The notes below the pieces were generated by a model. It saw only the letters and a program-made list of their open reading frames with translations. It searched no databases and was not told where the DNA came from. A stretch of 64,000 bases of DNA from Dimorphilus gyrociliatus (lineage: Eukaryota; Animalia; Annelida): positions 24,186 through 88,185 of the forward strand of contig CAJFCJ010000061.1 of the NCBI GenBank assembly GCA_904063045.1. The letters are read 5' to 3'. How positions within the stretch are numbered: position 1 is the stretch's first letter; each line of letters opens with the position of its first letter. This document shows positions 1-13,700 of this stretch, one piece after another. Made by a program: the position numbers and the translations under genes.

Positions 1-184
1 TTAAAAAAAATGTTACAATTTTTTTTTAAATTTGGATCTAAATAAAATTTTTTTTGTGAAACTGAAAATTAGATATTTATGAAAAATATTTCTTTGAGTC
101 ATATCATAAACAGCATGGAAAATATGTCAAAGGTCATTTTAGAAAAAATATAAATTTAAAATGCAAATATATGTTTGATCAAAA

Positions 185-2392
185 TAATCGATTTGAACCA
201 TTGAATAATCCTCCTTGGAATACTTTACAAAATTGCAGAGATTCTCAAACCTGTACACCTGGAAATTTCAAATGCAATATATATGGATATTGTATTGAAG
301 GAAAAAAGTTTGTGATGGAAATTTTGACTGTTTTCTAAAAGATGATGAATTAGAATGTGGTTTGTTTTTTTTGTTTTGTTTTTGTTTTTGAAAATTTAAA
401 TGTTATTCATTTCTAGAAAATTTCAGACCAAAAGGATTTTATCATTGTAAAAATAGTTCAATACATATCCCACTATCTGATGTTTGTGTTTTAAATATAA
501 AATCTAAATGCAGTTATGGAAATTCAATTTGTTCTGGTAAATTGTGCCCTATGGGTGATGATAAAGATAGTAGAATATGTCTTGTAACCTATATTTGCCC
601 TATTGGTTGTTTTTGCTCTTCTCCTTTTGATATTAGCTGCTATAAAATGATAAAAATACCAAAAGTAACAAAAGTAACAATAAAAGGATTAGAATTGATT
701 TCAATGCAACAATCTTTTGATGAAATATTTGATTTTTTTTTTAAAATAACAACACCATTAACACTTGTTAAATTAATAATAAAAAATTCAAATAATTTAA
801 CATTTTCAAAATTAAATCAATTTTTCAATTTGAAAATTTTACACTTGGAAAATACTGGAAAATTTTTATCAATTTTAAAAAATTCATCATTAGATCAACT
901 AAAATATTTGTATTATTTAAATTTATCAAACAATAACATCATTGAAATTGAACAGAACGCATTCAAAAATCTTGAATATTTAAATATTCTTGATATATCA
1001 TATAATAAAATAAAAGTTTTACATTTGAATTTGTTTGCAAATCTTTTTAATTTAATAGATTTGAAAATGGACAATTTAAATTTAGTTATCATTGATAAAT
1101 CTCCATTTAAAAATCTTGAAAAATTACTCAAATTATCACTGCAAAATACTGACATTCTAAATATTATTAACATTAAATCAGATATTTTTCAAAAAAATAT
1201 CAATTTAAAAATATTAAACAGTAAATACATGATTTTTTGTTGTTTTACTGACAAACTACAGAAAATGAAAGATTGTAAACCTAAAAGAACAATATTCATT
1301 TCATGTGGTCAATTAATTAATTCAAGAATTTTAAAAAGTAATTTTTTTTTCTTTTTTTTTAAATTTTCTCATTTTTCTTTGTTTGCAAAAGAAATTGTCT
1401 ACATTCTAATATTTTTTGGCTCTTTTGGTAATATATTATCATTGTATTTAAAGATAAAAAGTGTTAAAAGACCAACAAATTTATTTCAAATAAGTTTAAC
1501 AGCAGCAGATCTATTGCTTATTGTCTATCTGTCTATTATTGCTGTTTATGATGCAATTTTTCAAGATAAATATTTAGATCATGATTGGGAGTGGAGGAAT
1601 AGCAAAATGTGCAAATTTCTAGGTGTACTCAGTAGTTCATCATGTCTTTTATCCTCGATTAGTATGGTCTACTTGACAGTAGAAAAAACAGCAGCTGTTA
1701 AACAATATAAGATAATTCAGTACTTGAGTTTAAAATCTGTACTATTTGTCTTAGTCTTATCAGTGGGAATAACTGTGTCCTTAGCTGTATTTCCTCTTTA
1801 TTATAAGGTAAACAAGTAGAATGATATTGTTTTTATTTTTTCAAAAAAAAAATTCTATTTCTTCCATTTCTCTTTCTTTTTCAAATACCAGAATTATGCA
1901 AATAGATATCCATTATGCTTTTCACTTCATTTAACAAATGAAAAAAAAGCTGGATGGCTATATTCTCTTATTGTTTTTTCCTTATTACCTATTTTCCTTA
2001 TAGGTATAGTTGGCTATTTCTATCTTGAAATACTCAGAGAAGTCATAAAGAGTAGTCAAATCATTTCAAGGAAACAATTGTATTTAAGAGTGAAAAAAAT
2101 AGTCTTGATTGCCTTTATGATCATAACAACAAATGTAATAACCTGGTTACCTATTCTATTTTTAAGTATTGAACAAAAATTATAATCAATGATTAATTAA
2201 AATAGAAAATAATATTTTATCATATTTTTCTTAGGTATTTTAGCTGCATTTCAAAAAAGTCCATTAACACAAGAAACATACTTGTGGATATTTGTGTGTA
2301 TTCTACCAGTTAATTCTGTTTTAAATCCAATCATTTTTAATAGTTTTGAATTGAAAACTTTCATTCAAAATAGGAATACAGCTTCCAAGTAA
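185..2392 (+). CDS. LDLa-LRR-7TM GPCR (GRL101/LGR type C-like), spliced; 5' end probably upstream of the window
   Basis: LDLa motif (CTPGNFKC..GYCI..VCDG..DC...DDELEC) at ~250-357. LRRs in ORF 542-1819 (LKYLYYLNLSNNNIIEIEQNAFKNL). Hinge CCF..CKP, TM1 GSFGNILS, TM2 LTAADLL, CKFLGVLS, and TM7 LPVNSVLNPII ending at TAA 2390-2392. Short GT-AG introns at ~358-416, ~1340-1390, ~1808-1890 and ~2167-2234. Possible frameshift in an A-run near 300. Confidence 0.85.
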
Positions 2393-2557
2393 ATATCTTT
2401 AACATTTTTTGTTTTTAAGTATACACAAAAATAACATTCTTTTTTTATTTTCATAAAAAACAACAACAACAAAAAGAGAACATTTATGTAAAAAATTAAA
2501 TTTTGAATATACAGAACAAGGTTAGTTCAATTTGTCAGAATAATATTTATTTAAATT

Positions 2558-3005
2558 TTGAAAATAAACAAACAAACAGTAAAGCAATTTTTCAAAAATT
2601 CTAAAAAAATTGGAGTAATATTTGAGAAAACTACAAATGAATATTCTACAGTGAACTTTAATAAAAAGGCAAACAACTTGCAAGAACTTTTCAAATTTTC
2701 ATCAAGAATGATAAATATAATTGATAAAATGAATAGCATTAAAATGACAATAAAAAATCTTGATGACAAATTATTTATCTATCAAGTAGATATATTTTAT
2801 TTGTTTGAATTTGTTTTTTTTTCTCTTTTTGTTATTAGACTTAATGTTTTTTTTTCAGAAAGAAATGAATAATGATCACGTGATGTATTCTCTTTTAATG
2901 AGAAAATCTAATATTGTGTTGACATATGACAGTACTTTTTGTCAAAATAACATCTATTTTATTATGTGTTATATAGACAAATTTTTAAAATGTTACAACA
3001 GTTAG
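2558..3005 (+). CDS. Unknown two-exon coding fragment
   Basis: ORFs 2558-2872 and 2805-3005 can be joined in frame by a GT..AG intron (~2785-2858). No recognisable domain. Confidence 0.3.
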
Positions 3006-3330
3006 ATTAAATACAAATCAAAATGATGTTAGGCTTATTGAAATGAATTTGTGTGATTTTCTCAGAAGTTGTTGTATTTGAACAGCTATTGCTGAAGGGA
3101 AGCAATATTGTGCTGCTTCTACTCAAACTTAGTGAGCAACAAAATTTCAAGTTTAAATGATTTATACAATAGGAACTTAATTGAGTAGTTTTAGGAAAGT
3201 TCAATAGCAGAGTAGGAGTATTATTCTAGCAATTCGAATGTGCTAAAATATTTAGCTTGTTGCCATATGATGTTTCAAATCTTCTTCTCAAGTTGGGAGG
3301 TTAGAGGTAGAGGTGGAGGGAGAAACACTA
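3000..3330 (-). repeat. Unidentified dispersed repeat family U (segment Z)
   Basis: Shares TTCAATAGCAGAGTAG and flanking sequence with 24980-25200 and 29400-29560. The minus-strand frame TLLLNF..INHL..LSRSST is aligned across copies. Confidence 0.6.
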
Positions 3331-3387
3331 AACCAATATCTAAGTATTTTTTCTACTTACAAATATAGAAATATTATTATTGAAATT

Positions 3388-3397
3388 GTCACGTGAC
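3388..3397. promoter_or_regulatory. GTCACGTGAC palindromic E-box (CLEAR/USF-type)
   Basis: Exact 10-bp palindrome in a CpG-poor background. A second copy is at 36161. Confidence 0.3.
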
Positions 3398-3589
3398 ATG
3401 TCATTTAAAGAATTAACGGTATTTCATAAATTGATATACTATACCTTGGTTTACTTATTTATTAGAAACAGTGTGATTAGCATAGTTTTTGCTTGTTTAA
3501 AAAAAAGAAACCTTTTATTAAATTTTTTCTTAAAAATCTCTGTTTTTCATGGATTTATCTAAGAAATGTTTAGTTTTGTTACTTTTTGT

Positions 3590-4530
3590 ACTTTGTTGTA
3601 TTGTAATTGTAGGAATTTCTGGTTCGTCACAACTGTAATCGTCCTTTCCAATCATTTACCAACTTGCCAAAGTACTGGTCCAAATAGAACCTTTAAAGTT
3701 CGTCCACAAATAGTCTAACAAAGGCAATTTCGGTAGAAATTGATTAACAAAACACCAGTATTTCGTCCAAAGAATATGTATTGAGTAAAATGAGCTTCTA
3801 GTTCTAAACAAGCTAGTTTAAACAACTAGCTGACGGTTAGAAAACTGAACTATCAACTGTTAATTTCGTAGGGTTTATATACTCTTTTAAGGGTTGATAG
3901 TTCACAAATTTCAATGTTCACAAAAACAAAAGTAACATTTGAAGACAAAGAAAAGTTCTAAATATGGTCATGTTTTTATTGTTTTCCTCTTCTAAATAAT
4001 AGTTGAATTTCGAAGGTTGGAGAGTTGCATAAGATGTAACAATTTTAGTAGGACAAGTCCAACAATCAAGAAAACATGTAGATTGTATATTTGACCGTTT
4101 TTATATTCTACCTTAATAATGATATTCAATTGATTGAGTTAGTAAATTTAGCATCAGCATATAAGGAGGAAGTATATCTGATTAATGCATGTTAAAAAGA
4201 ACAGTATTGTGTATACAATACTGTTGAATAGTGAATATAATCTAACCTTAGAATTTAAGCATAATTGATAATTAATTGAACTAGTTTTAGTTCGAAATCA
4301 TAAATTTATGGATTAATAAATTGTAATATTAATGCTAGGTTGCAAATAGCAAATATTCTTTATATAATTCAATAGGTTTTATTACTGCATAATGTGTATG
4401 CACTGCCCTATGCGAAACTAGGTCACTACTGCTTATCTTTATCAGTGCTATCTGCATAGTACAATACTGGTTCAATACTACTTCTCTATTGTAGAATATA
4501 GCTGACGAATGTATGTGTACAATTGTAGTT
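3590..4530. repeat. Unidentified dispersed repeat family U (segments Y+X)
   Basis: Colinear, highly similar copy at ~34320-35240. Partial copies at 24780-24980, 25560-25720 (inverted), ~39260-39290 and ~58080-58230. Confidence 0.8.
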
Positions 4531-5060
4531 GGTGAAACAGTACTATACGTCCAAAAATACAAATAGGAAGGCGGAAGAAGATCTAAAATATTACATACAA
4601 TAGTAACATTATCTTTGAAGTTAGTCTGGTAAGCATTCCAAGCCATAAGAGGAAGTATACAAATCACAATATTGAACAGCCACATACCAGCAAGTAAGAT
4701 AACTGCTCTCCTTATTGTCCATATTTTATGAAAATTAAAAGGATTTACAACTGCAATAAACTTTTCAAATGTAATTAGAGTCAATGTAAATGATGACACA
4801 GCAATAATTAATAATACTGATTGAGTCAGGAAAAGACAACTGTAAAAACTTGCTTGTTTATCAGTAAGATAGAAAAAGCATAAAACACTTATTGAATAGA
4901 AAATATCAGTAAAAGTCAATGCAGTAACACCAAAGTTCTCTAGTTTCCAAATATCTCTATTTATTGTGCGAATAGCAATTAAATTTCCATTTAAGATCAG
5001 ACCAAAAATCTGATTACAACTCATAAATGTCATTACAATCACTTGGTAGAAATTATCCAT
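4335..5060 (-). pseudogene. Intronless class A (rhodopsin-like) GPCR, TM1-TM5, truncated by repeat U
   Basis: LILNGNLI (TM1), ALTFTDIF (TM2), ITFEKFIAVVNPF (DRY-equivalent), WLFNIVICILPLMAWN (TM4), CNILDLLPPSY. From ~4530 the ORF reads into repeat segment X. No TM6 or TM7. Confidence 0.75.
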
Positions 5061-5499
5061 TTTTAACAGAAATTTAGATAGTGCAAAGTTTTTGCTTAGT
5101 GTATATTCAAAAATTCAAAATGGCTGCTATTATTAACTTAATTCTCTCTTTTATATCTGATATTATAGTTCATAAGTTATTCATTACTTAATGTGCTCTC
5201 CTATAATTGTATAAACCTATCATATTGTTAAGAAATTGCTATGGATATTAGTGTTAAGAACAATAACTTAGTATAGGGTTCAAGGTCAATATTTTGTGTT
5301 TAGGATGAAAACACATACAAAGAAATTGTTTTTAAAATTCTATGTTTTTTAAGAAATATAAACTCATCTCTTCAAAAATTTGAAAGAAATACTGTAACTA
5401 TCTCCTTCAATTCTATAAACTTTTAGCAATGATAACATGCATCACTTTTCCATTGGGAATGGGAAAAAGAATAAATATTGGCAGTTTTCTCCAATAGAT

Positions 5500-5990
5500 T
5501 CAATGCAGTTATTTTTCCTTGTTTCTATTTATCCCATATGCTGAAAATATTTTTCTGCTTCTTAATGCTTAATTTTTTTGATATTTTTTCAACTTCTTTT
5601 CTGATAAGAGCTTTTGAAAGACTGCAATTAAAGGTTCTTCATGTTTCAAAAAATCAACTAATAAATAGAAACAAGTATTTGGCATAGCTTTTATCTTAAG
5701 TCTTCTATGCCATCCCTCTACATCATTGTTAGTATGAATGCTCATTCCAAATACAGACCAATTAGCTGCAGTCCAAATTGAATTTGTAATGCAAGTCTTT
5801 TCAATATATTCATATAAATGTCTATATACATTTTTCTCCAAAGCTTCTCTTTTTAAGGTGGAAAAAGTAGGTGGAATCACTTGAGACGGAAGGAAAGGCA
5901 GGGCTAATAATTTTCTCATCATATTTTTTACATCTTTGCTAGTTTTATAGTCAGTTGCATATCCCAAATTATAAAAATTGAAACAGTTTT
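5500..5990 (-). mobile_element. MULE transposase 3' fragment
   Basis: LLALPFLP, NWSVF..TNNDVEGWHRRL and QKLLSEKKL motifs, paralogous to the other MULEs in the window. Confidence 0.85.
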
Positions 5991-6598
5991 ATTTCTCTTT
6001 TCCCAAAAAAAGAGGATGAGTTTTTCCCATACTCTTTTCCATCTTATTCCCCTATTTTATCAAACAACAGGAACGTTTATACAACCTAGGAAGTAACAAA
6101 CATAAATTTTGGTAAAAGAACAAAAGGAAAAATGTTGACTTTAAAACATTTTTCTCTATAATCTATCATTTACAAACATTTCAGATATCCATTAAAAGAA
6201 ATTTAATCTATTGCAACAAGTGTGAGTTTTTTTACTTCTTTTGGTGTCACTATTGTCTTTGAAATATTTCTCTTTATTTCTAAATGTATAAACAAGTTCA
6301 AAGCATAAAATGTTTAGATAATTATTTTCAAATTCCAATGGAAAAACATTTTGTAATAGGTTAATCCTAAGGCATAAACAATTGAAAAGAAATTGTATAT
6401 ATCAATCCTGAATTAATCCTCTTACTGAATGGGCCAAGCATCACTTCAGAATATAGTTCTATTTTTTTTACAAATTGGTTATATACTCATCTTCCCTCAA
6501 TTCTACATCTTTTCTAAGGAGCTGCAACAATGTGAAATGAAAAAAATCTTTTCCAAATGTTTTGAGAAGGATTTATAAGAAAAATATTGTTGAAAAAA

Positions 6599-7150
6599 GG
6601 GGCCGACAGAAAACGTCCCCAACAGAAAACATCCCCAAACTGACAGAAAATGTCCCCACACAGAGAGAAATTGTCACTTTTGCATAAAATAAAGTTAACT
6701 TTTTGGATTTTTGAATAAGTCTTTTTTTGAAACCTTACAATTTGAAATATATCAAACTTATAGAACTTCAATCTTGTTTTGACATTTTGTTGAATTTTTG
6801 GATTTGGTTAGTTTTAGAAACCAAATAGCAGATGTTATGCTAATGCTAGGTTTTTGAGCTAGGGTTAGGGTCAGGGTCAGGGTTAAGGTTATGTGAAATC
6901 ATAGAATTAGGCAAAGGGTTAGGTAAAATCATGGGATTCAGCTTATGGTAAGTGTCTGTTGTGAAATTTTGAAATTTTCAATCTGTACTTTTGTCAAAAT
7001 GGTTTGGGTTAGGGTTAGAGAGTAGCTTATATTCAGTATTTCTTCAAAAGTTGCAGAATTGGGCTATTGTTAGCTTGAAGATGTGTTTTGTCAGTTTGGG
7101 GATGTTTTCTGTTGATTTGGGGAGGTTTTCTATCAGTGTGGAGACATTTT
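6599..7150. mobile_element. Non-autonomous MULE derivative (MITE-like) with internal TTAGGG-like tract; right terminus degraded
   Basis: Starts GGGGCCGACAGAAAACGTCCCC with subrepeats. Inverted subrepeats at ~7085-7150. TAGGGTTAGGG at ~6860-6890. No TSD found. Confidence 0.65.
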
Positions 7151-7365
7151 TTGTTTCTCAGTTTAAAATATTTGATTTGGGGTCAGGTGTGAATGTACCC
7201 CAGGTGGGTGTGAACATACCCAGGTACATTCACACCCTATTTTTATATTTATTTTATTTTTGAATTTTTGAATAAACATGTACATTGACACCCCGTTTTC
7301 ATTCTTTTCCTTCATGATATATTTGTTAATATATTGATTAGATGGAATGCAGATATTAAATAGAA

Positions 7366-9733
7366 GAATTGGGGTGAAACTGCACCCAGGTGAAACTGTA
7401 CCTGAGTGAAACCATACCCATGGTGGGTGAAACTGTACCTGAGTGAAATCATACCCATGGTGGGTGAAACCATACCCATAAAAAGTATAGTTAATTGAAG
7501 ATGTATTAATACTAAGGACAGTGATATATAATCTAAGAAAATGATAATAAAGAACTATTGAAATATAAAAGATGAAAAATCTGGAAAAAGTGAGGATAAA
7601 AGAAAGAATACTATGGAGCATAAATGTATGATGTTTGAACTAAAAGTTCATCAGCCAATAGTCCTCTAAGTCTATAATTTTCCCAGATTTCAAATATTTT
7701 CCTCCCTATTTAATATACTGCTTTTTCTAATACTTGATAATCTTTTTCTCAGACAAAAGTTTTTGATAGATGATAACTAAATTTGCTTCTCTCTTTAGTT
7801 CATCTATCAGCCAATAAAATGATCCTTTAGATGCTACTTTATTATTCATTCTATTGTGCCATCCCTCAACACTGTTATTACTTCTTATGAACAATGCATA
7901 TATAGACCAATTTTCTGGTTTCCATATGGAATTAATAATCCAAGTAGCCTCAAAATATTCTAATAAATCTCCAAACTTTTCTTTTTCCATCAGTTCAGAT
8001 TTTAATCTGTAAAATGTTGGAGCAATGATATCAGCAGGCAAAAAACATAAGGCCATCAGCTTTCTCATGTCTCTCCAGTCTTCTCCTTTTTTCATATACT
8101 TCCCAGAGTAGCCAAGAGACTGCAGTAACATTCATTTAAAAGAAAAATTTGAAAAGTTGATTGAAAATGAATATTATACCTGAAGTTTCCTGTAGATTGC
8201 CTGTGTAAAATGGAAAACAGAACCATGAATTTTTGATTCTTGATATATTCTGGATACAGCTCTCCACAGACCCATCTAAAAATCAATTGTAATTTTCTCA
8301 GGTTGTGACATGCCAGTCAGATTTCTGATACTCTGAATTATGAAATACATTTTGAAAAGTTGAAAAATAAGTTGCTGATAATTATACCTTAAATGCCTTT
8401 TGATAGCTTTTTCTTTTTTTTGATGTCATAAAGATGAATGCTAAGGGAACATGTTTCATTTCTCCATCTTTTTTTACATAGCTGTGTATAGATAAGAGCT
8501 GATAAAATGGATCCTTCACAATCTTGAATGTTCCATCAATAAACCAGTGATTTGATTGACCAAGCAAATTAAGTTGGTGGCTGATAGCAAAAATAAGAAT
8601 TCTTTCTGTATTTCATAGATGTCATCTTGCAAAAAATCATCTGGAATGAAATCTTTATTTAAATCAAAGTCCACTTCTTTTGGTTCTTTGGGCCTTAGTT
8701 CTTGCCTTGTGAAATTAGCAACTCTTTTCAGATAATCAACATTTGGCAGAGAATCTGTATGATTGCTGTGCTTTAAAAGAATTGTTTCAGCTAATCTCTT
8801 TCCACTTGAACTTGTGTCACTTTTACACATTTTTTTCAAATCTTTTCTAATTCTGATGTCTGTGGTTAAATGGTCATTTTTACCATGAATGTGTTCTAAC
8901 TTTCCCTTTATGAATATTTTCCTCAACTCACTTAGACTTTCTGCATTTTGATGTTCATGTTCAATTGAATTTTTCAGTTTTCCATCCACATCACAAGTTT
9001 CTATGCCTGGATCTTCAGGTCTGATGGTCTGAAGGAGGCACTTTCTCTTTTCACAATCCAGACAAACTGATACCTTAGAATCTGAATGAAATAGCTGAAT
9101 TATTATAATAATCATATGGATTATAGAATGATACCTATGATGCATTTCTGATGAATAATTTCATTGCATAGCACACAGGATTTTCTCTTCTGTCTTCCAT
9201 GTACAACAAGCTTGCAATTTTTACATTTAACTGCCATATTTCAATAATGACTGAAAATATTCATTATAAATAATGCTATCTAACAAACAGTTATCATTAG
9301 CATTTATTCAAAATGGCTGAACATTCTTTATCAAATAAATTCAATATTTTCCAAATGAAGATAAGATGCATAATGAAAATCTTAATACAACATTGAACTA
9401 GATTAAATTCCATATGAATTTACCTCTTTTCAATCCTCCAAGATAAACTTTGTCCAAATATATTCAGGAAATATGTTCTGACTTTCTAAGTAAACTCTTT
9501 CCAAAGTGAAAGTTTTCTTTTTCAATTTTAAAATGGCTGTCTTTTTATATTTTAACAATCTTTTTATTGTTTTTGGTTTAGTTATTATTATTTAATAATA
9601 TAAGATAACTAGGTTTCTTGTGGGTATGGTTTCACCCACCATGGGTATGATTTCACTCAGGTATGGTTCCACCCAGGTACAGTTTCACTTGCCATGGGTA
9701 TAGTTTCACTTGGGTACGGTTTCACCCACTCCC
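7366..9733 (-). mobile_element. MULE element A with subrepeat TIRs and 9-bp TSD
   Basis: TSD TAAATAGAA at 7357-7365 and 9734-9742. TIR subrepeats GTGAAACCATACCC/GTGAAACTGTACC at 7370-7480, inverted at 9615-9730. Confidence 0.92.
7727..9237 (-). pseudogene. Spliced PHD-MULE transposase of element A, frameshifted
   Basis: MAVKCKNC..SCVLC..HQKC + VCLDC (PHD), WFIDGTFK, RSNNSVEGWHNR. Several frameshifts; the FLYWCH region appears deleted. Confidence 0.85.
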
Positions 9734-10753
9734 TAAATAGAATACATATCTCAACAATATTAACTACTACTTTAAAAGAAAATGTTGTTGAAAGTGAAAT
9801 AGCAGCCATTTTAATAGTGGTAGTTTTATTAAATAAACTTTCACTTGGAATATTTATGCTTGCAAAGGTAAAGCTATATTTACTGAATAAATTTGGACAA
9901 AGTTCTTCTTGGAAGGGTTAGGAACAGAAGTAAGTATCTATATATAATCATTGAGATTGTTGATGCATGATATTTTGATGTAATGTATCATCTTCAATTA
10001 TGAAAAAGCTCAATATTTATCATAAATAAAATTTCAGCCATTTTGAATATTTGGAAAGGAGATTTATTGATAACTGGAAATTTTTTCAGATAACCATCTA
10101 CATTTGATTGGAGATTATAAAATGGCTTTCAAATGTCACAATTGTTATTCAACAATTTATGGAAGGCAAAAATATTTGAAATGCAGCCTTTGTAAGAATC
10201 TTATTCATAGGAAATGCACAGGTATATAACTCTTTAATCAGCTTTCATGTAATTATATTTTTTTTAGAAAACGGCCAGGATTGAAAACAGCCAGAGGTCA
10301 GTTGAAAATGGCCATAGGCTTGATTGAAAACAGCCAAAGACTTATTTGTATATAGAAAATGATAAACATAATAATATTATTAAATAATTAACATATTTTT
10401 GATTGCATGATTTAAATGATTTTTTATGGGTTTGAGTGATAATATCAGTAGTAAATAAATTAACCAGTTTCTTTTTTTCAATAGTGTATGTTTCACTGAT
10501 TTTGAAACTTTCTGTTTGAAACCATTAGGTAATATTCATAAATTTAATAATTTAAACATGTGTTATAGCAAAATTACTGTGTGATTTATGTTACAATTAC
10601 AAACATCTCTCTTTATCCTTGTTTTCAGTTTTTTTCAGAAAATTTTGGATTGCTTTTTCATAGAAAGGGGTTTTGTTTTATGAGACCACTTTTAAAATGG
10701 CTCCTTGTTGCTTTTGTTGCCAAAAGAGAATATATAGAAAATTATGGATCCAT

Positions 10754-13700
10754 GGGGTTGACAGAAAATGTCCATGAAAGAAAACGTCCATGAAAGAAAA
10801 TGTCCATGAAAGAAAACGTCCATAAACTGAAAGAAAACGTCCATTAAAATAAACTTCATTTAAATATAAATATGTGTTGAAAAAGTAAACCTTTGGTAAA
10901 AGAATATGTTAAACATATAATTAATAAATGAAATATTCACAAAAAAAATCACTTAACTTTTCCTATTAGCTTAATTTTTTAGGAATTATATTTCCTTATG
11001 GAGTGAAAGAAAACATCCATAAAGTGAAAGAAAACGTCCATAAAGTGAAAGTAAACGTCCATACAGTGAAAGAAAACGTCCATACAGTGAAAGAAAATGT
11101 CTATAAACTAAAAGTAAATATCCATGAACTAAAAGAAAACATGAATAAAAATAAATTTCATTTAAATGTAAATCTATATTGAAAAACAAGTTAATAGAAA
11201 ACTTTTTATATATACAACTTTAGGTTTACTATATAAATTGTGTATTGATTATTTGTAAACAACTTTAAAACAAAGACAAACTTTTTTCAAGTTTTACAAT
11301 TAAATGACCAGTGTTTTCAAGTAAAGTTTTTTGATATCAAGGTATTATCAATTATTTTCAATAATATAATTCTGAGCAAAGCTGCAGAAGCTGGTTTGCA
11401 TTAATTTCACCTGTTTTAAAATTTTCCCAAATTAAGAAAAGATCTTTTTGAATTTGGCTATAAGTCTTCCTTTGAAGTCTAATTATCTTTCTCTCACTTA
11501 AAAGCTTTTTGTACAGATTTATCATGTCTGCTTCCCTCTTTAACTCATCAATCACTAAATAAAAAGAAACATTTTCTCCAACAATTTTATTCAGCCTTTG
11601 ATGATAACCTTCCAGATCATTATTTGTCCTTATGCTTTGATCAAAAACAGACCAAGTCTCTGGAGACCAAAATGTATTTTTTATCCAACTATTAGACACA
11701 TAGTCCAACAAATCAGACAGTTTATTTTCTTTTATCAGTTGATTTTGAATTTTAGTGAATTGATTTTCAATCATGCCATGAGGCAAATATGGCAAAGACA
11801 TAATCATTCTCATGGATTCCCAAGCTCCCTCTTTTTTTCTAAATTCCCTGCTATAACCAAGTTCCTTAAACAAAAAAAATATTAATTGGATTGTTAAAAA
11901 TTTTAGAAATCAATAAACCTGAATTTTTCTAAATATTGCCTGAGACCAGTGAAATGAACATCCAGTCAAGACAGCATCAGGCCATATATTTTGTAAAGTT
12001 TTCCAAACAGCCTTTTCATAGTCTAAGACTATTTTCTTAGGAGCACAATTTTCAGCTAAATCCTTCACAGCCTTAAAAATTTAACATGATTGCTTATTAG
12101 TAAGTATATTTATGAAATGTAATTCTTACCTGGAAAAGTAGTTTATATGCTCTCTTTTTTTTAGAAGACAGAAAAGAAAAAAGCAAAGGAACTTGCTTAA
12201 GCTGTCAATTTTTTTTCAAAAATACATGAATAGAGTACATTTGAATGAAAGGTTCATTGGCAATCTTAAAAGTACCATCAAGGTACCAAATTTTACCCTT
12301 TGACAAAAGATCCAATTGATGATTTGTTGCAAAGATAATGATCCTCTCATTATTCATATTTATATCCTTCTTTAAAAATTCAGGAGGAATGAATGTCATA
12401 TTCAGCTCAAAGTTTTTATCATTGGGTACAATAGGCCTGTTCTTCCTTCTATTCCAATTTGCCACTTCTTTACAATTAATTATATTTGGTAAGTTTGAAG
12501 TACTAGAATACTTGACAAGAACATTTTCAGCAATTCTTTTACCTGAAGAATTTATATCACTAGAACAATTGTCTTTGATTTCATTTCTTATACGAATCCT
12601 GGTTTCTAAATTTTTTATTGGTGAATGACAATGAATGTTTGTCCCAATTGCAAAATTGCTTCCTTTTTGATTGATGCTTGCTTTACATTTTCTTTTTTTG
12701 CTTCTGACAGAACAAGTCCATACAGTAGTTGTTTTTGTTTTTAATTTAATAGTATATGAAAAACCTTTGTGAAAAAGTAAGTCTTTGCCTTTTTGACTTC
12801 CATGTGGCAGAATTTTAAAATGAAAATTGTCAGAAGAATTTTCTTTGGCAGATGTTTCACTTTCAAAAGATTCTTCCTCAATTTTTTCAGATTCTATATA
12901 TGCATTTTGAATTGTTTCAAAATTTTCAATTTCAATTTCATTATCATATTCAATATCACTTCCATTAATGATATTTCCTTTGTCAACCTTTGTGTTTATA
13001 CTTTCATCATTATTGTCATTGCTACTCCATGATATAGATAACCTCAATTCTTCTGTGAACTCTTCAGTACTCTTTTCTTGTCCTTGATTATTATCTCCTT
13101 TCTCATCAATTTTTAATTTTTCCTCAGTCATGCTGTTATTCTCCTCAATATTCTTTTCTGGATATTCAACAATTGCTTCTTCCTTCTCATTAAGTTTTGC
13201 AGTAGAATTACTTTTTATTGGTACACTTTCCCTGCATTTTTTTGGTTCATCAATTCTCTTTAACATCACAAAACAGGTTTTTTTAGTTATTTTATAACAA
13301 ATAAAACAGAGTGGTGATGCTGTTGATGAATCTGGAAGAAAAAAAAACAGTAAATGTTTTTCAAATAGAAGATAGTACAAACCATGCAGACATTTTATAT
13401 GACAAATATGCAGGCACAATGAGCATTGGCCTTTTATTTGCCTACCAACAAATTTATCATTGCAAATAGAACACTTGTCCATTATTCAATATTTTTTCTA
13501 AAATATTGGAGAAAAAGAAGAGCTAAATTAAAATTAATAAATGAATTTGTCATATCATTATTATGATTATTTATGTAACAATTAGTATTTTGACAATAAC
13601 ATTGAAAAAAAACTTCATTAACAAATAAAATTGCTAAATTTATGTTAGATTGATTATTAATAAAATAATCAATAAGTTTTTAATCACAGAGATTATTAAG

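Noticed and set aside
6180-6540. RecQ/Academ-like motif (KLTLVAID*, RGLIQD*) on the minus strand
   Set aside because: Only two short stop-containing motifs; insufficient support.
5112-10130. Repeated AAAATGGCTG (YY1-like) motifs at ~5117, 9311, 9532, 9805, 10036 and 10120
   Set aside because: They overlap ATG contexts and TE promoters in AT-rich DNA; functional sites cannot be distinguished from sequence alone.
10754-11130. Regularly spaced short repeats resembling a CRISPR array
   Set aside because: There are no unique spacers, the repeats are inverted at the other end of the element and bounded by a TSD, the context is eukaryotic, and no cas genes are present.
10986-11189. Short ORFs with YGRFLSL/MDVFFHF periodicity (also 13838-14111, 7163-7621, 14568-14786, 18397-18767, 62392-62628)
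   Set aside because: They are translations of MULE TIR subrepeats, not proteins.
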